In this document: in pieces, positions 9,985-20,662 of the stretch
Numbering within the stretch: the first letter of the stretch is position 1
Layout: the number at the start of each line of letters is the position of its first letter
Assembly (NCBI GenBank): GCA_016713525.1
Contig: JADJOZ010000007.1
Span: forward strand, 19,969 to 83,968
Direction: 5' to 3'
Origin: Bacteroidota bacterium
Lineage (GTDB): Bacteria > Bacteroidota > Bacteroidia > AKYH767-A > OLB10
Length of the DNA stretch: 64,000 nucleotides
Notes under the pieces: model-generated
Database searches by the model: none
Told to the model about the DNA's origin: nothing
The model's input: only the letters and a program-made list of their open reading frames with translations
Made by a program: the position numbers and the translations under genes

Positions 9985-11072
9985 AAAATTTCTCGAATGC
10001 AGAAGTTCTGGATAGTTACTCCGGAAAGAGGGTATTTATAACCGGACATACCGGTTTCAAAGGCTCGTGGCTGAGTCTATTATTGAATTATGCAGGAGCA
10101 GTAACCAAAGGGTATGCACTGGCACCATTATATGACAATTCACTGTACAAATATTTGGAAAGCAATTTGGATATTGAATCTCAAATTGATGATATCCGCA
10201 ATATTGAAAAATTAAAAAAGTCAATTTCTGATTTCAAGCCTGATTTCGTATTTCATTTAGCCGCACAGCCGCTGGTCAGGTATTCTTACCAATATCCTTT
10301 AGAAACATTTGAAGTAAATGTAATTGGTACGGCTCATGTTCTGGAAGCAATCCGATCACTTCAAAACAAATGTACAGCAGTTATAATTACCACCGACAAA
10401 GTTTATGAAAACAATGAAAGTGGAAATGCCTTTAAAGAAAGTGATCCATTAGGTGGACATGATCCATATAGTAGCTCAAAGGCAGGAGCAGAAATCATTA
10501 CACAATCCTATCAACGATCATTTTTTCCGGTTCAGATGCTCCATAATCATCATAAAGCAGTAGCAACTGCCAGGGCAGGAAATGTAATTGGTGGTGGGGA
10601 CCGAGCAACTGACCGCATCATTCCGGATTTAGTGAGAGCACTTGAGAATAACCTAACATTGGAAGTAAGAAATCCATCCTCCATCCGTCCCTGGCAGCAT
10701 GTTCTTGATCCGCTGGCAGGATATTTAAAGCTTGGGTTGCTACTTAATTTTGATCCACTCAAATATACCGGAAGTTATAATTTCGGCCCATTGGAATCGG
10801 ATCAGTGTACAGTTAAAGAAATTGTTGAGATTGCTATCAAGCAATGGGGATCAGGAAACTACGAAACACCTGAACAATTCGATCAACCACATGAAGCCAC
10901 AAACCTAAAACTCGATATCACAAAATCACTTACTCAACTACAATGGAAACCAATATGGGATGCAAAAACAGCAGTAGAAAAGAGTATTCAATGGTACAAA
11001 AAAATAAACGAAACTTCTGGTAATGCAATGAAATGTTGCATGGTTAATGTTGAGGAGTTTTATAAGAATTAG
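9969..11072 (+). CDS. rfbG: CDP-glucose 4,6-dehydratase
   Basis: Rossmann motif FITGHTGFKGSWL and the YSSSKAGAE catalytic Y-x3-K region. It is 367 aa. Confidence 0.85.
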   Translation: MEMLVENFSNAEVLDSYSGKRVFITGHTGFKGSWLSLLLNYAGAVTKGYALAPLYDNSLYKYLESNLDIESQIDDIRNIEKLKKSISDFKPDFVFHLAAQPLVRYSYQYPLETFEVNVIGTAHVLEAIRSLQNKCTAVIITTDKVYENNESGNAFKESDPLGGHDPYSSSKAGAEIITQSYQRSFFPVQMLHNHHKAVATARAGNVIGGGDRATDRIIPDLVRALENNLTLEVRNPSSIRPWQHVLDPLAGYLKLGLLLNFDPLKYTGSYNFGPLESDQCTVKEIVEIAIKQWGSGNYETPEQFDQPHEATNLKLDITKSLTQLQWKPIWDAKTAVEKSIQWYKKINETSGNAMKCCMVNVEEFYKN

Positions 11073-11081
11073 AAAATACAA

Positions 11082-12305
11082 ATGAGTTCAGTATATCAAA
11101 ATAAAATATCTTCTTGCAGAATCTGTGGTAGCAACCAACTTAAAACTGTAATTCATTTAGCTAAGATGCCATTCACTGATGAATTTATTTCAAGTGATCA
11201 ATTGGGAACTGAGTTTTTGAGCGACATAGATATTGCAGTTTGCAAACAATGTGCTTGTGCCCAAAATATTAATGATACTGATATGGGTGCATATTACCAG
11301 GATTACACTTATTCTGTACAATCATCTGGTTTTGCTTTAAGTTTCATGAGTACACTGGCAGAACGGATCAAATCCAATTATTTTTCCAACAAAACTGCTC
11401 CCTCAATGCTTGAAATAGGAAGTGGTACTGGAGAACAATTAATGGCATTCAAAAAATTAGGCTTTCGTGTAATTGGCGTTGAACCATCTGATAAACTTTC
11501 CGAATACGCCAATAGCCAGGAAATCAAAACATTAACAACTTTTTTTGACGAGAATACAACTCAGATTGTTGATCCGGAGTTCAGAACTGTTGATGCTATT
11601 GTTACAAGCTATACGTTCGATCATATTCCGAGACCAGTAGAGGTTCTGAATAATATTCATAAAATACTAAATGATGATGGTTTATTAATCATTGAAGTTC
11701 ATAATCTGGAGTTAATCAGACAACGAAATGAATTTTGTTTATTCGAACATGAACATTACACGTACTTGAACGAAAGAACTATGCGATATCTTTTGAATCA
11801 GAACAATTTTGATGTCGTAACTTTTAAACTATTAGAGGAAAGCGAAAAGAGAGCAAACTCCTTGTTAGTAGTTGCGAAAAAAGCAAATAAATCAAACATA
11901 AGTGAAGTTGATGTTTTAAATGAAATCCATTTGCTGGATTCATTAAATAACGAAATCAATAAATCAATTTCACGTATTGATAATTGGCTAAATGAAAATA
12001 AAAAATACAAAATTGTAGCATACGGTGCCGGTGGCAGAGGGATAATGACAATTGCTGCGTTGGCCAATTCAAATTATATTCAATATATTGTAGATAAAAA
12101 TCCGAAATCAGATAACATTTTTGCACCAAAATCACATCTTCCTGTATATGGCATTGAGAGATTAGCAGAAAATCGTGCTGATAAAATACTGATATTTAGC
12201 TTTGGATATTACAATGAAATAGTTTCAGAATTAACCTCAAAATTTGGGTATACCAAAGACCAGTTCATAAGCATTCTCGAACTATTAGAACCTGCCAATG
12301 CCTGA
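11082..12305 (+). CDS. NDP-hexose C-methyltransferase-like enzyme (N-terminal Zn-ribbon plus class I SAM methyltransferase plus C-MeTase C-terminal domain)
   Basis: CRICGS...CKQCAC zinc-ribbon, SAM motif LEIGSGTGEQL, and a ~400 aa length as in TylCIII-type sugar C-methyltransferases. Confidence 0.65.
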   Translation: MSSVYQNKISSCRICGSNQLKTVIHLAKMPFTDEFISSDQLGTEFLSDIDIAVCKQCACAQNINDTDMGAYYQDYTYSVQSSGFALSFMSTLAERIKSNYFSNKTAPSMLEIGSGTGEQLMAFKKLGFRVIGVEPSDKLSEYANSQEIKTLTTFFDENTTQIVDPEFRTVDAIVTSYTFDHIPRPVEVLNNIHKILNDDGLLIIEVHNLELIRQRNEFCLFEHEHYTYLNERTMRYLLNQNNFDVVTFKLLEESEKRANSLLVVAKKANKSNISEVDVLNEIHLLDSLNNEINKSISRIDNWLNENKKYKIVAYGAGGRGIMTIAALANSNYIQYIVDKNPKSDNIFAPKSHLPVYGIERLAENRADKILIFSFGYYNEIVSELTSKFGYTKDQFISILELLEPANA

Positions 12306-13180
12306 AATAATCATACATGGAGCATCTAGTTTTTTAGGCAAAGCATTTTGCCAGACGTCTTTATTCGAATAACATTCCATTTATTATTGTTGCCAGAAAC
12401 AAATCAGATTTATCTGTTTGGGAAAATTTGCAAGGCATCAAACTGCTCAGGTATAATAATTCAATAGGTGAAATCAATTTAAATATCGAATCATCTTCTA
12501 CATTCTACGAATTTTCCTGGCAGGGCGTATTTGGAGTCGACAGAAATGATCCTTCTCAAATTACAACTAACATTCCATTAATAATCTCTTCAATCGAATT
12601 CGCAAATAGAATTGGATCTAAACATTGGATTGGGATTGGCTCTCAAGCTGAATATGGAAATCTGGATAAGAAAATTTCTGAAAGTGATTTTTGTAATCCA
12701 ACAACATTGTATGGAAAATCAAAGCTAATTTCAGGTAATATATCAAAAGAATTGTGTAAGTCTTTTAATATGTAACATTCATGGCTACGATTATTCTCGG
12801 TTTATGGTCCAGATGACAATCATGAATGGCTGATTCAATATTTGATAAAAAAAATGCTGAAAAATGAGCCAATAGATGTAACCAAAGCAGAACAGATATG
12901 GGACTATCTATTTGTAGAAGACATTAGTGATTTACTATTAAAGTTATCAAATTCGGGAGGGGTCGGAATTGCAAATCTTGGAAGTGGAAATGGCATTGTA
13001 GTAAAAGAAATTATTAATATCATAAAAGACAAAACCGGCTCAAATTCAATCATTAATTTTGGAGCAATTCCATATCGGCCAGATCAAGTCATGAAAATGG
13101 AGGCCGATATCAAAAGCTCAGAGAACATACCGGATGGAGTCCGAATACAGACTTTGAAACAGGTATTCAGAAAACAATAA
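12298..13180 (+). pseudogene. NAD-dependent sugar epimerase/reductase (SDR family), disrupted by one frameshift (~12340) and one in-frame TAA (12773-12775)
   Basis: MPEIIIHGASSFLGK continues as HFARRLYSNNIPFIIVARNK in the +1 frame. The catalytic LYGKSKL motif is present. Then ...KSFNM*HSWLRLFSVYGPDD has a stop in the same frame just before the conserved RLF.VYGP motif. Confidence 0.6.
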
Positions 13181-13211
13181 ATTCATTAATGGTTAAGAAC
13201 TGAAATATTTA

Positions 13212-14007
13212 ATGACGAAAACTAACACTATAGCTAAAAATATCCGTCGTTCCATACTACAGATGAATCATAGATCAAATGCATCGCATTCCGGATCTGC
13301 CCTGTCAATAGTTGAGTTGTTGACTGTATTATACTTTAAGTACTTAAACATCGACCCGAAAGAGCCGAAAAATGACAAAAGGGACAGATTTATTCTAAGC
13401 AAAGGACACGCTAGTAGTGCATTATATTCGGTATTAGCTGAAAAGGGCTTTTTTTCCAAAAACATATCTTGACAAATTTTACATTGATAACGGGATCCTT
13501 CCCGGACATGTCGATAAAGATGCTGCTCCTGGCTTGGAATGTGCTGCAGGTTCATTAGGTCATGGACTTTCAATTGGTGTAGGCATGGCAATTGCATCTA
13601 AATATAAAAAACACAATTCGAAAGTTGTAGTTTTGATCAGCGATGGTGAATTAAATGAAGGATCAATTTGGGAGCCACTACTTCTTGCCCCTCATTTAAA
13701 TCTAAATAATCTGACTGTTATTATAGATTATAACAAAATACAGAGCTTCGGCCTTACTAATGAAATTGTAAATCTCGAACCTCTAAGCGATAAACTAATC
13801 GCATTTAATTGGGATGTTTTTGAAATTGACGGACATAACTTTGAAGAAATAGAAACGGCGTTGAATTCCAAATCCTCAAAACCCAAAATTATAATTGCAC
13901 ATACCATCAAAGGGAAAGGTGTAAGTTTTATGGAAAACAAGCTTGAATGGCATTATAGATCTCCTAATGATGAATTACTCAAGAAAGCGTTGGCAGAATT
14001 AAAGTAA
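13212..14007 (+). CDS. Transketolase, N-terminal (ThDP-binding) subunit; frameshift near 13458-13470
   Basis: ...LSKGHASSALY then ...GSLGHGLSIGVGMAIA and ...LISDGELNEGSIWE. The ORFs 13212..13472 and 13534..14007 are joined by sequence continuing FFSK/YLDKFYIDNGILPGHVDKDAAPGLECAAGSLGHG in the alternate frame. Confidence 0.75.
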
Positions 14008-14032
14008 TAAATAAATAAGGCACTGCTTAGTC

Positions 14033-14952
14033 ATGAGAAAAACGTTTATAAATACACTAGTCGAACTGGCAAGAAAAGACAAAAGAATTTTCTTAATAAC
14101 ACCAGATATAGGATATTCGGTTTTGGAACCTTTCATGCATGAATTTCCTGAACGCTATCTTAATGTCGGAGTTGCTGAACAGAATGCAGTTTCCATTGCA
14201 GCAGGACTTGCTTTAAGTGGTTTGATTCCGTATGTATATACAATTATGCCATTTGTAGCCATGCGTCCATATGAGCAAATCAGAGTTGATGTTGCATATA
14301 TGAACACAAATGTAAGAATAATTGGAGTTGGTGCTGGTTTTTCATATGGAGCTGCCGGTGCAACTCACATTCTATTGAAGATATTGCAATTATGAGATGC
14401 ATGCCAAATATGACAGTAATCTGTCCGGGAGATCCGTGGGAAGTAGAACAATCGATAATTGCATCCCAAAGCTATGAAGGACCTATGTTTTTCAGACTAG
14501 GCAAACAAGGTGAACCCAACATCAATTCTAATAAATCCAAATTTAAAATTGGTAAAGGGATTACAATAAAAAAGGGTAGTGATTTACATATCATCACCAC
14601 CAGTAATACTCTTGAAATGAGTAATGAGATCTGTGAATTATTGAAGAAAAAAAATCTATCAGCATCATTGATAAGTATGCATACCATAAAACCATTAGAC
14701 ACACGACTGATCAATTCCTTACTTAAGACCAATAAACCTATTTTCACTATTGAGGAACATAGCAGAATTGGAGGATTGGGGTCAGCAGTGGCTGAGATCA
14801 TAGCTGAATCAAAATTCCATCCGGTTTTTAAACGATTTGGTCTCGACGATCAGTTTTCTCACTATGTGGGATCACATTCTTTTATAAAAGAAAAGTATGG
14901 ATTGACTATTCCAATAATAACAAGCAAAATTCTAAAATCAATTTTAAACTAA
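14033..14952 (+). CDS. Transketolase, C-terminal (pyrimidine-binding) subunit; frameshift near 14365
   Basis: GVAEQNAVSIAAGLALSG and GAAGATH followed by HSIEDIAIMRCMPNMTV in the +1 frame. ORFs 14033..14395 and 14392..14952 form one protein. Confidence 0.75.
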
Positions 14953-14954
14953 TT

Positions 14955-15712
14955 ATGGCAAAGAAAAAAATAGAAATAAAAAGAAATATTTCAAATAGAG
15001 AAATTAGTCAACGAGAACACTTTTTACAATTGTTCAAACAAACTCCAATTCCTGATGAAGAAATTCAATTAAACTTAGGTTTATATATCAATCGACAAAA
15101 CTTATCTAGAATAATATTCATGCATGAGTTATACAAGAAAATAATTAACACTACAGGTATTGTAATTGAACTCGGATGTAGATGGGGACAAAATTTGGCT
15201 CTGTTTCAATCTTTTAGAGGAATGTATGAGCCATACAATTATAATAGGAAAATTGTAGGATTTGATTCGTTTGAAGGCTTCAAATCTATTCACAAAAAAG
15301 ATGGAAAAGCATCAATAGTTTATGAAGGTGCTTATGCCGTCACTTCAAATTATGAGGAACATCTTGACAAAGTTCTTGCACATCATGAAACTGAAAGTCC
15401 AATATCTCACATTAAAAGTATGAAATCATTAAGGGAGATGCAACCAAAACACTCGAAGCATACTTAAATACTAATCCCGAGACCATTATAGCTCTAATAT
15501 ATTTTGATTTTGATATCTATGCACCCACTAAAAGATGTTTAGAACTAATAAAAAATCATATTACAAAAGGTACTGTCATTGGATTTGATGAATTAAACTG
15601 GCATGATTACCCTGGAGAAACATTGGCATTAAACGAAGTTTTTTGGTTTAGACAAATATGCAATACACAGATCTCCCTTTGCCCTACTCCATCGTACATC
15701 GTAATTGATTAG
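14955..15712 (+). CDS. TylF/MycF-like class I SAM-dependent O-methyltransferase; frameshift near 15415
   Basis: IVIELGCRWGQNLALF SAM-binding region. The alternate frame continues IIKGDATKTLEAYL...VIGFDELNWHDYPGETLALNE, which is typical of the TylF family. Confidence 0.55.
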
Positions 15713-15726
15713 ATTTCAAGGTTAAC

Positions 15727-16820
15727 ATGACAACATTTCAAAAACTTTATCAATTACCATTCCAACATGGAATAGATCTGTACTTATAACAGGTTTACTT
15801 GATCAAATTTGCGATCAAGTAATTTCAGATAAAATTGAAAATGATGTAGAACTTTTGATTTCCAATAATGGTTCAGATGATAACACAGAAAATGCTTGTC
15901 TGGCTTATAGAAATAAATTCAATTTCATTACATATCACAATAATGGAAGAAATATAGGAGCACAGGACAATGTACTAAAATGTTTTGAACTGGCATCAGG
16001 AAAGTATATCATTCTGTTTGGTGACGATGACAGAATCCAAACCGGTGCCATTAAACAAATTTTACATGTTCTAAGATCAAATACAGGGATTGATTTGATA
16101 CTAGTTAGTTCAAATTTAAAGTCAAATCCTTTTAGTGATGGTTCATTTATAAATCTATTACAACTAGTAGAAAACTTTTACTATAATATTGGCAATGCAG
16201 GTTTATTCATCTATAAAGTATCTCTTGCAAAAAATGTACTTGCAAAACATCAATTTTCTGATTTTAATAAAAGTTGGCCTCAAACCCAGTTAATGGTTCT
16301 TGGAATAGAAGATATTCACAAGTCATCATGTTTAATAACAGAAATTAAAATAAATGCTCCGGGACTTCATGAACAAGTTATGGTATATAGTTCATATTAT
16401 CTTTATCGTACAACATTTTTTGATTTAATTGATTCAATTGAATCTATAAAACATGAAATTGATCACAAGGTATATATATCCTCAAGAAGCTACCTAAGTA
16501 GAAACTTATCACAAGTTTCATTTAACATATTACAATGTGGGATATTTGTAGATGATACAACTCTTAGAATTAAAACCAGAAAACATATATTTAGTAATTT
16601 AAAATTGTTCAATACAAAAGAAAAAATGTATATGAGTTGTATTGCAAGTATATTATATCTACCTACTTTCTTGTCGAAACCACTATCAGACATTTTCATT
16701 TTCATTTTAAAAGGGCGAAACGGACTTATAAAGAAAAATAAATTTGTTCTAGCGGAAAAACAAAAAAAATCAAATCAATTGAACTCCAAATCAAATGAAA
16801 TAAGAGAATTTAGTTTTTGA
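15727..16820 (+). CDS. Family 2 glycosyltransferase; start codon ATG 15727 is separated from the main ORF by a frameshift in an A5 run (15741-15745)
   Basis: MTTFQK joins SITIPTWNRSVL, the GT2 N-terminal motif, and ILFGDDD is the DxD motif. The ORF track starts only at an internal TTG (15855). Confidence 0.6.
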
Positions 16821-16944
16821 ATTTTGACTACAAAAAATATTTCTTCTTTGTTAATTATGCGATAATCCCAAAATAGATGATAAGAGCAACTTTACATTCC
16901 CCTAATTACATCATTTAAAATCGCCTCTCAAGCTTTAATAATAA

Positions 16945-18126
16945 TTTCAACTTTTATATTCATTATCAATTGCTAAAGGAGCTGGCACATGGAACTATAT
17001 TGGAAATTATAACGGAGGAAATTGTGACCTTACGTTTTACTTCACAATTGGACAAAAGGGATATGTTGGAGGAGGAAGAACTTCAATTTCAATTTTTAAA
17101 AGCGATTTCTGGGAATTTAATCCAACAAATAACACATGGACTCAATTAGCAGACTATTTAGGAGGTGACAAAGGGCAGCAAATTGCATTTGCAAGCCCAG
17201 TCAAAGGTTATGTTGGTTTAGGCTTTGATGGAAATGCATTCTTCAATGACTTCTATGAATATAACCCATTGACAAACATCTGGAGTCAGAAGGCAACATT
17301 CCCAGGATCTGGAAGATATTCATCATTATCATTTTACATCAATGGATATGGTTATGTTGCAACAGGGTTTGATGGAAATCCTAAAAAGATGTATGGCAGT
17401 ATAATCCTATATCAGATACATGGGTTCAAAAATAATTTTCCAGGCCCACCAAGACAAGGCGCAAACGGTTTTGCTATTGGAGATGCCGGATATATATTAG
17501 CAGGATTTAATAATGGAACTTCATATGATTTCTGGAAATATGATCCAATTAACGATTTATGGGTTCAAAAAACTAACTTCCCTTCAATACCTAGAAGAGC
17601 TATGGCATACTTTGTGATTAATGGCACTGCATACGCTGGATTAGGTTACGACAACACAGTATTTCACACCGATTTCTACTCATTTGACACAACTAATAAC
17701 CAGTGGACATCTGAAACCAACTTCGGTGGTTCAGCTCGATACCTCACGTTTAGCTTTAACATTAACAATTCCGGATATCTCGGAACAGGTTCTAATGGGC
17801 AAATAAGTTCTCCAAACTTTTTAAATGATGTATGGGAATTTATTCCAGGGTCAATTGGTCTAGACCAAAATCAGGATGTCTTTTACCAAGTCTGGTTCAA
17901 TCATGAAAATAATTCGTTAAATTTAGAATTAGAAGTGAATGCTGGCAGGATATGTATGATTAACATTTTCAATCAAAATGGTCAAGTGGTTTCAAGTGGT
18001 AAAATAAACAGCATTAGGGGAAATCTAGAATATAAAATTAATGCGAATTTATCACCTGGAATTTACTTTTATTCAATCCTTTTTAGTTCAAATAAAAGAA
18101 AGACAGGGAAATTTCTGGTTAAGTAA
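16945..18126 (+). CDS. Kelch-like beta-propeller T9SS cargo protein, paralog of 7744..8931. No in-frame ATG or signal peptide is found upstream, so it may be N-terminally disrupted.
   Basis: The frame is open from 16945 (GTWNYIGNYNGG..., FWEFNP, FYEYNP, FWKYDP, FYSFD blades). The C-terminal T9SS CTD reads ...MINIFNQNGQVVSSGKINS...GIYFYSILFSSNKRKTGKFLVK. The ORF track begins at an internal TTG, 17269. Confidence 0.6.
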   Translation, partial: FQLLYSLSIAKGAGTWNYIGNYNGGNCDLTFYFTIGQKGYVGGGRTSISIFKSDFWEFNPTNNTWTQLADYLGGDKGQQIAFASPVKGYVGLGFDGNAFFNDFYEYNPLTNIWSQKATFPGSGRYSSLSFYINGYGYVATGFDGNPKKMYGSIILYQIHGFKNNFPGPPRQGANGFAIGDAGYILAGFNNGTSYDFWKYDPINDLWVQKTNFPSIPRRAMAYFVINGTAYAGLGYDNTVFHTDFYSFDTTNNQWTSETNFGGSARYLTFSFNINNSGYLGTGSNGQISSPNFLNDVWEFIPGSIGLDQNQDVFYQVWFNHENNSLNLELEVNAGRICMINIFNQNGQVVSSGKINSIRGNLEYKINANLSPGIYFYSILFSSNKRKTGKFLVK

Positions 18127-18310
18127 TTCGGCATCACCAATCGATCATAATTTTCAATGAGAATTAATTTACTATATACGAGAACAAAGTGAAATTTACA
18201 GGGCGAGAACTTTATGGTGAACACTTAACCAAAATTTTTGATACCAGAAGTACAGAAAGATACAGATGACAATATTAATTACAAAAGTAGTATGCAAATC
18301 TAAAATTGTT

Positions 18311-19927
18311 CTATCTAAACACTGATACTGTTCCAGTCAACTTATCAATTCGGCTATAAAGTATAAAATAGTATACTCCTTCGGGCACATTCACTCCATT
18401 GTGTTTACCATCCCATTTAAATTGCTTATTATCTGATTGAAATACCTGTTGCCCCCAGCGATTAAAGATTTTAATGCTAATCTCTTCACATAGTTCTGTA
18501 TATTTTAATTCAAAAAGATCATTAAGCCCATCATTATTGGGGGTAAAGACATTTGGAATAAATAAACCAGCAATTGAATTTTCATCAATTATTAAAGTTC
18601 TCTGTGCAGTATCTGCACAGATAGTTCCTTCATTAACAATTAACATCACTTCATAAAATCCAGATTGTTGATACTCATAAATGGGGTTCTGTTCGAAACT
18701 AGTGCCCCCATCTCCAAAATACCAACTCCAAGAGAATTCGTTTAAGCTCGAATCAAAGAAATTAACCAGTTTCGTACATTCATTTATACTGAAAGAAAAA
18801 TTTGCTTCGGGTTGCTGTATCGCATTTATTTCTAAAACCTGGATAAGGCTATCAATACCACATTCATTTTCAGCAATGAGCAAAACATTATACGAACCTA
18901 TATCCTGATACAGATGTATAAAGGACGTATCAAAACTTGTTGTTCCATCACCTAAATACCAACTAATTGAATCATAGAATTCTGATAAATTCATAAAACT
19001 TACCGATGGATCGCACAGTTGTTCAACATAAGTAAATGAAGCATTGGGCATTTCAAAATTCATGAGATTCAATTGTGAAGTTAAAGTATCGGCACCACAT
19101 GAATTACTTGCAATTAGAGTAATATCATAACTGCCAGAATCGGCATAAGTATGAAAAGGAGATTGAGAAGAACTTGAAGAGCCATCACCAAAATCCCAAA
19201 ACCAACCAGTAGTATTTAGTGATGAATCATAAAATGTGACAATGTTGCTGCACCATGTTGTATCCAACGAAAAAGCTGCAATCGGAATGGAACTCGGATT
19301 AATTGTAATTTCAACTTCAAATGTATCACTTCCGCAAGAATTAAATGCAATCAACGAAATAGTATAAGTACCAGGTAGCGCGAAACTATGCAACACATTT
19401 GGAGAATTTCCAGTAGTACCATCGCCAAAATCCCAAATTAAAGTACTATCATTTTGAGAAGTAGAAGTTAAAATTACCTCCAGCTCACAATTCACAATAG
19501 AATAATTAAAGGAGGAAACCGGATCTAACGGAGGGCCTACATGAATGTTTTGGATAAATGTATCTATACATCCAAAGCTATTTGAAATAACAAGCTGTAC
19601 ATTGTAATCTCCGGTATCCGGGAAAACATGGACAGGTGACATTGTTGAAGACAACACTCCATCACCGAAATTCCAATAAGAATTGCTTAACATTGGTGAA
19701 GTATTTGTAAAAGTTACAGCTAAACCTGAGCAATCGAAGCTATAAGTAAAAGAAGCTAAAGCAGAAGGTAGCACAGTTATGGTAACCGTATCCGTAGCTG
19801 TCAAAGGACACAAACCAACACTTGTAACAGTTAATATGTAAGTTGTGGTAACTGATGGTGACACGACAGGGTTAGGCAAAGTTCCAGCTCCATTATTCCA
19901 TAAATAATTTAATCCGGGTTGAGGCAA
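18311..19927 (-). CDS. PKD-repeat protein ending in a gliding-motility-associated C-terminal domain (CHU_C / T9SS type B CTD). It is the third piece of one gene spanning 18311..21119.
   Basis: Five PKD signatures (WNFGDG, WDFGDG x2, YLGDGTTS, YFGDGGTS). C-terminus ...IPNVFTPNNDGLNDLFELKY...KWDGKHNGVNVPEGVYYFILY. There is no signal peptide on this piece. Confidence 0.75.
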   Translation of the reverse strand: MPQPGLNYLWNNGAGTLPNPVVSPSVTTTYILTVTSVGLCPLTATDTVTITVLPSALASFTYSFDCSGLAVTFTNTSPMLSNSYWNFGDGVLSSTMSPVHVFPDTGDYNVQLVISNSFGCIDTFIQNIHVGPPLDPVSSFNYSIVNCELEVILTSTSQNDSTLIWDFGDGTTGNSPNVLHSFALPGTYTISLIAFNSCGSDTFEVEITINPSSIPIAAFSLDTTWCSNIVTFYDSSLNTTGWFWDFGDGSSSSSQSPFHTYADSGSYDITLIASNSCGADTLTSQLNLMNFEMPNASFTYVEQLCDPSVSFMNLSEFYDSISWYLGDGTTSFDTSFIHLYQDIGSYNVLLIAENECGIDSLIQVLEINAIQQPEANFSFSINECTKLVNFFDSSLNEFSWSWYFGDGGTSFEQNPIYEYQQSGFYEVMLIVNEGTICADTAQRTLIIDENSIAGLFIPNVFTPNNDGLNDLFELKYTELCEEISIKIFNRWGQQVFQSDNKQFKWDGKHNGVNVPEGVYYFILYSRIDKLTGTVSVFR

Positions 19928-20032
19928 GCTTCCTAATTGAATTGATTCACCCTCACAAATAGTTTTATCAATTCCGGCAGCAGCACTGGGAACTGGACTA
20001 AAATTAAGATTGAAAGCGACTTTTATTAATCC

Positions 20033-20662
20033 CTACCCCTCCATCAACCGCATCATGAATAGTACCATTGCATTGTCCATTTCCTTAACTCCACCCAAAA
20101 TTGAAGTAGTAACATTGACAGGAAAACCAGATAATCCAGATTTTAGGATCACTCCTCCACCTCCTCCACCTCCATTTCCATGGCATTGGGGAATGTAAAA
20201 TTGATCTCCCCCTTTTCCACCGTTTACATTCAGCTGCAAATTTCCTGTGAACGAGCTTACATCTAATATGATTGTCCCACCACCTCCACCTCCAGCACCA
20301 TCAATTCCAGCAGCGATTGCCACAGAATTACCTTGAGATCGAATTTGATTACCATTCCCTATAATTGCACTTGCACTCACAAAAACAATTCCTCCACCAT
20401 CTTCACCATCTGAGCCTTCAGAATTATTTTGATAAATGTCATTACCTCCGCCTCCCCCATTAGCACATGCACCACGACCAGCTGTCAATGTAGATGGAAT
20501 GTCAGCAATACTTTCACCTTTTTCACCTCCTCTTCCGGTATTATAATTAAAAGCATAACTATTAAAAAAAGCTGAATAATAATTAAGAGAGGCATTTCCT
20601 CCTCGAAAACCTTTCCCATTCACATCAATATTAGCATTTAAAGTAACTGATCCTTGAAGCAA
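20033..20662 (-). CDS. Glycine-rich middle segment of the same surface-protein gene (frameshift-separated)
   Basis: GGGGND..., GAGGGGGG and GNGGGGGGG runs. It overlaps the upstream piece 20631..21119, and its stop lies about 100 bp before the PKD piece resumes. Confidence 0.5.
   Translation of the reverse strand: MLQGSVTLNANIDVNGKGFRGGNASLNYYSAFFNSYAFNYNTGRGGEKGESIADIPSTLTAGRGACANGGGGGNDIYQNNSEGSDGEDGGGIVFVSASAIIGNGNQIRSQGNSVAIAAGIDGAGGGGGGTIILDVSSFTGNLQLNVNGGKGGDQFYIPQCHGNGGGGGGGVILKSGLSGFPVNVTTSILGGVKEMDNAMVLFMMRLMEG

Noticed and set aside
20010-20198. + strand ORF with a PPPPPPP tract opposite the Gly-rich surface-protein segment
   Set aside because: It is the antisense translation of a poly-Gly coding region (GGN codons read as NCC gives Pro). 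It is spurious.
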